From an uncultured Chloroflexia bacterium (GTDB lineage Bacteria > Chloroflexota > Limnocylindria > Limnocylindrales > CSP1-4): a stretch of 64,000 nt of DNA. Position numbers and translations under genes: made by a program. Shown here piece by piece: positions 59,915-64,000 of the stretch (positions are counted from its first letter, which is position 1; every line of letters begins with the position of its first letter). Location of the stretch: NCBI GenBank assembly GCA_963813535.1, contig CAWEZH010000002.1, positions 1,088,001-1,152,000 of the forward strand. Reading direction: 5' to 3'. The notes beneath the pieces were generated by a model. The model had not been told where the DNA came from. It saw nothing but the letters and a program-made list of their open reading frames with translations, and ran no database searches.

Positions 59915-62011
59915 TCAGTCTTCCTTCAGGATGTAGAACCCATCGACGGCAACGGTCGGTCGCCCGCTCGTGCCGACGACCACGATCCGCAGTGAATGCG
60001 AGCCGTCCCGGACGTCCGCAGCCCAGACGATGTCCCGGGCCCTGAACGTCGCGGAATGCATGTCGACGGTGGCGACGTGCCTCCCGTCGAGGTAGATGCG
60101 CGCCTGGCCACGGGTGGGACCGGTCGGGCCCTCCCAGGCCACCGCGGTGCCGCTGAACTTCAGCGTCCCGTTCGCGCTACGCGCGTTCGAGCTGTGCGCT
60201 CGCCGGCCGGTGTACTGGGTGTGGGACGCGTAGGTCCACGTCCCTGCCCACTTGATCGCACTTGCCGAGTCGGAGTAGGCGGTAGCGATCATCGTCCTCG
60301 AGGATCGCCAGTCGCCGACCGTCCCGTCCTGGTCGATCGCGCGGACGCGATACCGGACTTGGGATCCGGACGGCACGTTCAGCCGAGCGTAGCTCAGCGT
60401 CGGCGTGCCGAGAGCGACCCGGCTCCAATCGCCATCGCCGTGGCGGACCTCCAGCTGGTAGGCCTTCAGCCCTGCGTCGGTCGACTCGAGGTCCCAGTCG
60501 ACCAGCACCGGCACACCGGACATCGGTGCCGTCGACGCCGCGGAGAGGGCGATGAGCGGACGCGTGGTCTCCGGCTGCGCGTTCGACTGCGGGCGCGGTG
60601 CCGGCGTGGGTGTCGGGGTCGGTGCTGACGTCGGCTCGGGAGTCGGCGCCTCCGTGGGTTCGGGCGTGTCGGTCGGAGCCGGCGGGCCGCCCGCTCCATC
60701 CGGCGTGGCCGTCGGTGTGCTGGTGGGAACGGCCGTCCCGACCGGGGTCGGGGCAGCGGTCGGCGTTGGAGTCGGCGTCGGGGTCGCCGTCGCCGTGGCC
60801 CTTGCCGTCGGTGTCGGGGTCGGTGTCCGGGTGGGCGTCGCGGTCGGTGCCGCCGTCGGCGGCGGCGTCGCAGGCGGCAGGGTCGGAGCGGGCACCGGCG
60901 GGGCGCCGGCACCGGCGGGCCCGTACAGCCAGTCGGTGAAGCCGAAGTTCTTGCCGCCTCGTGCCGGGGCAGCCGTCTTGTACGCGGTCCCGTAGCGGCG
61001 ATCGATCAGCCAGGTCTGCCATTCGTCATCGCCTGTCGCGGCCCAGTGCGCCTTCTCATACAGGAAGCGCGCCGCGCGCAGGAGGGCCTTGTCCGACCAT
61101 GCCCAGGCGTCATAGCCGTTGGCACGCAGGATCTCGGCCTGGAGGACGGCACCTTGCATGCCCTCCCATGGGTAACCCGTGCTGGCGGGCGGCCATCGCA
61201 GCGCACCGCCACGACGCATGTCGTCGGGGATGACGCCGTCGATGCTGATGCCGCTCTTCGTGCACCCGACCGGGTTGATGCCGACCGGCTTCGAGGTGTC
61301 GCATTGCCAGCTCAACTCGCCGTACGAGAAGCCGGCGTACGCGGTCCGGTCGCCGAGCCAGCCGCGGAACACCTGGGCGGTGCGCGCGAGCTGCGCGCTG
61401 TCGCCGAGGTACGCCGCGATCGCCGCCCGGGATGCGCCCGCGTGAGTGCCCCAATTGTTCGGGCGTTCCTCATGCGTGTTCACGAGCGTGCGTCCCGAGA
61501 GCGACTCGGTCAGCAGCGATCGGAGCCAGGGGCGGAACGTGTTCTGCTCGAACGACGGGTCGACCGCGCCGAGGTCGATGAAGTCCGCGGCGAGCACGTA
61601 GCCGGGCAGATTCCGCCCGAGCGCGAGGGTCCGGCCACCGTTCTCGCTATTGACGGCCGCCCTCAGTGCCGACAGCACATCAGAGCGGTACGAGGCGACG
61701 CCGGTGCGAGCGAATACGAGTGCCTTGGCGAAGGTCGTCTGGTCGGCGGACTCGTCCTGGTTGGAGATGTCCGGCGTGCCGATCGATGAGTCGGCTCGGG
61801 CCTTGAGCGCCGCCCACGCGGCTCCGCTCGTCGGTCGCGAGAGAAGCTCGGATCGCGACATCAGGATGTAGTCGGTCGCGGCGGAGGTGGGGCTGAGACG
61901 GGCGATGGCCAGGATCGACCCGATGGCTACAGCAAGAGCCAGGAGAGTGACGATCAGCGAAGGGATGGTCCGGCGAGACGCCCACTGGGCGCCGATCGAA
62001 ACCGCCGACAT
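59915..62011 (-). CDS. secreted alginate-lyase-like protein + P/T linker + Fn3/carbohydrate-binding-like domains
   Basis: GAGGAG RBS; N-terminal TM; NNWGTH, DDMRRG, YPWEG; VRYRVRAIDQDG; GPTRGQARIYLDG. Confidence 0.7.
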   Translation of the reverse strand: MSAVSIGAQWASRRTIPSLIVTLLALAVAIGSILAIARLSPTSAATDYILMSRSELLSRPTSGAAWAALKARADSSIGTPDISNQDESADQTTFAKALVFARTGVASYRSDVLSALRAAVNSENGGRTLALGRNLPGYVLAADFIDLGAVDPSFEQNTFRPWLRSLLTESLSGRTLVNTHEERPNNWGTHAGASRAAIAAYLGDSAQLARTAQVFRGWLGDRTAYAGFSYGELSWQCDTSKPVGINPVGCTKSGISIDGVIPDDMRRGGALRWPPASTGYPWEGMQGAVLQAEILRANGYDAWAWSDKALLRAARFLYEKAHWAATGDDEWQTWLIDRRYGTAYKTAAPARGGKNFGFTDWLYGPAGAGAPPVPAPTLPPATPPPTAAPTATPTRTPTPTPTARATATATPTPTPTPTAAPTPVGTAVPTSTPTATPDGAGGPPAPTDTPEPTEAPTPEPTSAPTPTPTPAPRPQSNAQPETTRPLIALSAASTAPMSGVPVLVDWDLESTDAGLKAYQLEVRHGDGDWSRVALGTPTLSYARLNVPSGSQVRYRVRAIDQDGTVGDWRSSRTMIATAYSDSASAIKWAGTWTYASHTQYTGRRAHSSNARSANGTLKFSGTAVAWEGPTGPTRGQARIYLDGRHVATVDMHSATFRARDIVWAADVRDGSHSLRIVVVGTSGRPTVAVDGFYILKED

Positions 62012-62203
62012 GATGCTCCTCTCTACCTGGACGCCGTCGGGGGACGGCGAACGAAGGCTGTCCGGGCGTGACGGGGTCACGACCCGGATATGTCCAGGGA
62101 GCTTGGAGATCCGTGCCAGAGCGGCACGGGGATGGGGGCCGGCGGCCGGTCGTCAGTGAGCGCGGCGATCGGACGCCGTTGGGGGACTCCCTGCGTGGGT
62201 GAT

Positions 62204-62219
62204 TGTGGCAGACATCACA
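62204..62219. promoter_or_regulatory. CRP/GlxR-like palindrome
   Basis: TGTGG-CAGACA-TCACA vs consensus TGTGA-N6-TCACA. Confidence 0.45.
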
Positions 62220-62303
62220 GTCGCGTGTCCCCGGCGCACCATGCGATAACAACCGCACGACGGCCTTTTCGGTGCCTGCACGCACCACAAAGGCCTCATT
62301 TCG

Positions 62304-63191
62304 CTAAAGCCGGTGCGTCTCCAGGAACGTCCTGACGGCTTCGGCCACCTGCTGGTAGCTCTGCTCGCCATGGATGAGACCGAAGTGCGAATGGGCACCG
62401 AATGGCTCGAAATCCGAGTCCAGCCACTCGGCGAGCCGCTCGGCATCGTCGAGCGTCGTGAACCGATCGAGGCCACCCGCGATCACCAGTCGGGGCACTT
62501 CCGACACGACCCGGCGGTCGACCGGGATGCCGGCGATGACCTGGCGTCGGGCGGCGCCGGACTCGTGCGGCTTCTGGCCGAGGAGGTGCTGGATGCGCAG
62601 CACGTCAGCCAGGGTGAGATCGCGGTCGTCGCGCAGCCGTCGCTCCGGTAGGGTCTCCCACCCGATCACGCTGCGGCCATAAACCTCGGGGATCTCGCGC
62701 AGCTCGAACGGTCTGGCAGGTGGCCGCAACTCGCGCGGCATCTGCGGGGCGATGAGGACGAGGCCCGAGATCGCCACGCGCTCGGCAGCCTTGAGCGCCA
62801 GGAGACCCCCCATCCCGTGCCCGATGGCGACGGTCGTCGGCCCGAGCCGGTCGAGCGCCGCGACGACGTCCTCGAGGTAGGTGTCGAATGACAGCGTCGT
62901 CGGGTCCGCGGTCAGGGACCAGTAGTGATTTCGCAGATTGACCGCGTGGCCCTCCCAGCCGCGACCCGCGAAGTACCCGAGGAACCGCTCCCACACCCAC
63001 GAGCCGGCGAGCTCGCCGTGGACGAACATCAGCGGCTTGCGACGCGACCGCCGCTCCGGCAGCCACGACTCGATATAGATGCCCCGATCGTGCAGCTCGA
63101 TCTCATCCTTCCGGACGGGGCGGCCGTTCGCCGGCGGCGATTGGGTGCGGCTCAGGAGCGGTTCGGGCATCGCGTCGGGCATGCGGCTCAC
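62304..63191 (-). CDS. alpha/beta hydrolase fold protein (GHGMGG, nucleophile Ser replaced)
   Basis: FVHG, NLRNH, IGHGMGG, GGLD, SHFG; GTGA overlap start. Confidence 0.85.
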   Translation of the reverse strand: MSRMPDAMPEPLLSRTQSPPANGRPVRKDEIELHDRGIYIESWLPERRSRRKPLMFVHGELAGSWVWERFLGYFAGRGWEGHAVNLRNHYWSLTADPTTLSFDTYLEDVVAALDRLGPTTVAIGHGMGGLLALKAAERVAISGLVLIAPQMPRELRPPARPFELREIPEVYGRSVIGWETLPERRLRDDRDLTLADVLRIQHLLGQKPHESGAARRQVIAGIPVDRRVVSEVPRLVIAGGLDRFTTLDDAERLAEWLDSDFEPFGAHSHFGLIHGEQSYQQVAEAVRTFLETHRL

Positions 63192-64000
63192 CATTCGTGC
63201 GGGTTGATGACCAGGCCGGTCAGGGCCTTGGGATAGAAGTAGGTCGATTTCTGCGGCATCACGTCGCCCTCGCGGGCGACCGCCTCGATCGCGGCGACCG
63301 GTGTCGGCTCGAGAAGGAACGCGGCATCGACTCCCTCGCCGGCATCGACGGCGGCGATCGCCTCCGCCTCCGATTTCGTATAGGTGATGGCACCCGCCGT
63401 CACGGCCTCGGCATCGATGCCGGCCAGCTGCTCCAGTGCCACACCGAGCATCGTCACGTCGAGCGACCGTAGCGCATCGCCGCCCGGCGGGAGAAGCGGC
63501 TCGAACGCGTCGCGACGAGCAGCGAGGATGGAACCGCCCGATCGTGTCCACAGACCGAACCATCCCCGGCCGCCAATGTCCTCGGCGCTTCGGTCGCCAC
63601 CGGATAGCGCTGCGGTCAGCTCTTCGGGCGACGCGACCGGTGTCACGTCGAACAGCTCGCGCGCGCGCGACGGAAGCTCGGCCGCGGCGTCCTCGCCGAT
63701 GCCGCGCACTAGTCGGTGGGTCGGCAGGACCGTGAGCTCCTGGCCGCGCGCCTCGAGCATCAGCGCCAGGACGTAGTCGAACGGCGGGTCCTCGTCACAC
63801 GACCGCGTCATCCGTCGCTCGTCCCGATAGCGAAGCGCCGTCTCGTAGCGGTGATGGCCGTCCGCGATGGTGATCGGTCCCGTGGAGGCGGCCCCGAGCA
63901 ATGCTCCTGCGACGATGCTCGCCGGACCGTCGCCTGACGCCGGCAGTGCCCACATCCGGTGGCCGACTCCATCGTCATCGGTCACGTCGACGTCGGGGGG
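63188..64000 (-). CDS. DUF1015 domain protein (5' end outside the window)
   Basis: IADGHHRYETA, LPTHRLV, MPQKSTYFYPK. Confidence 0.92.
   Translation of the reverse strand, partial: PPDVDVTDDDGVGHRMWALPASGDGPASIVAGALLGAASTGPITIADGHHRYETALRYRDERRMTRSCDEDPPFDYVLALMLEARGQELTVLPTHRLVRGIGEDAAAELPSRARELFDVTPVASPEELTAALSGGDRSAEDIGGRGWFGLWTRSGGSILAARRDAFEPLLPPGGDALRSLDVTMLGVALEQLAGIDAEAVTAGAITYTKSEAEAIAAVDAGEGVDAAFLLEPTPVAAIEAVAREGDVMPQKSTYFYPKALTGLVINPHEW

Noticed and set aside
62130-62160. Hammerhead ribozyme (CTGACGA on the minus strand)
   Set aside because: No GAAA after stem II.

Overview
High-GC bacterial chromosome segment. The gene style resembles Chloroflexota/Actinobacteria-like soil lineages (inference). 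Core-looking blocks at about 1-29.8 kb and 50.5-64 kb carry an ABC exporter, a DUF4032 kinase-like gene, an ECF sigma + Ogt/Ada pair, GMC oxidase, acyl-CoA dehydrogenase, a class III aminotransferase, an S8 protease, KdpDE-like genes plus two KimA-like K+ transporters, an orphan DNA MTase, TPM-PspA, DUF1611/epimerase and tRNA-Glu. Between them lies an accessory region. Its core is a ~12.9 kb integrase-less island (29876-42826) bounded by tRNA-Arg(TCT) and an exact 39-bp copy of that tRNA's 5' half, which ends at the anticodon loop. Only inside this island did I find a co-oriented family of ~65-80 nt structured repeats (6 full, 2 partial). They show covarying stems, plus-strand G-U pairs, a conserved YTCGATC internal loop and, in several copies, an upstream -10-like hexamer. 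They are interleaved with unrelated cargo genes and with three decayed copies of a small HicB-like gene. This is the best candidate for an undescribed system. Many single-base frameshifts (notably 20.8-27.6 kb) suggest assembly errors. All family calls are from motif recognition by eye, not database searches.
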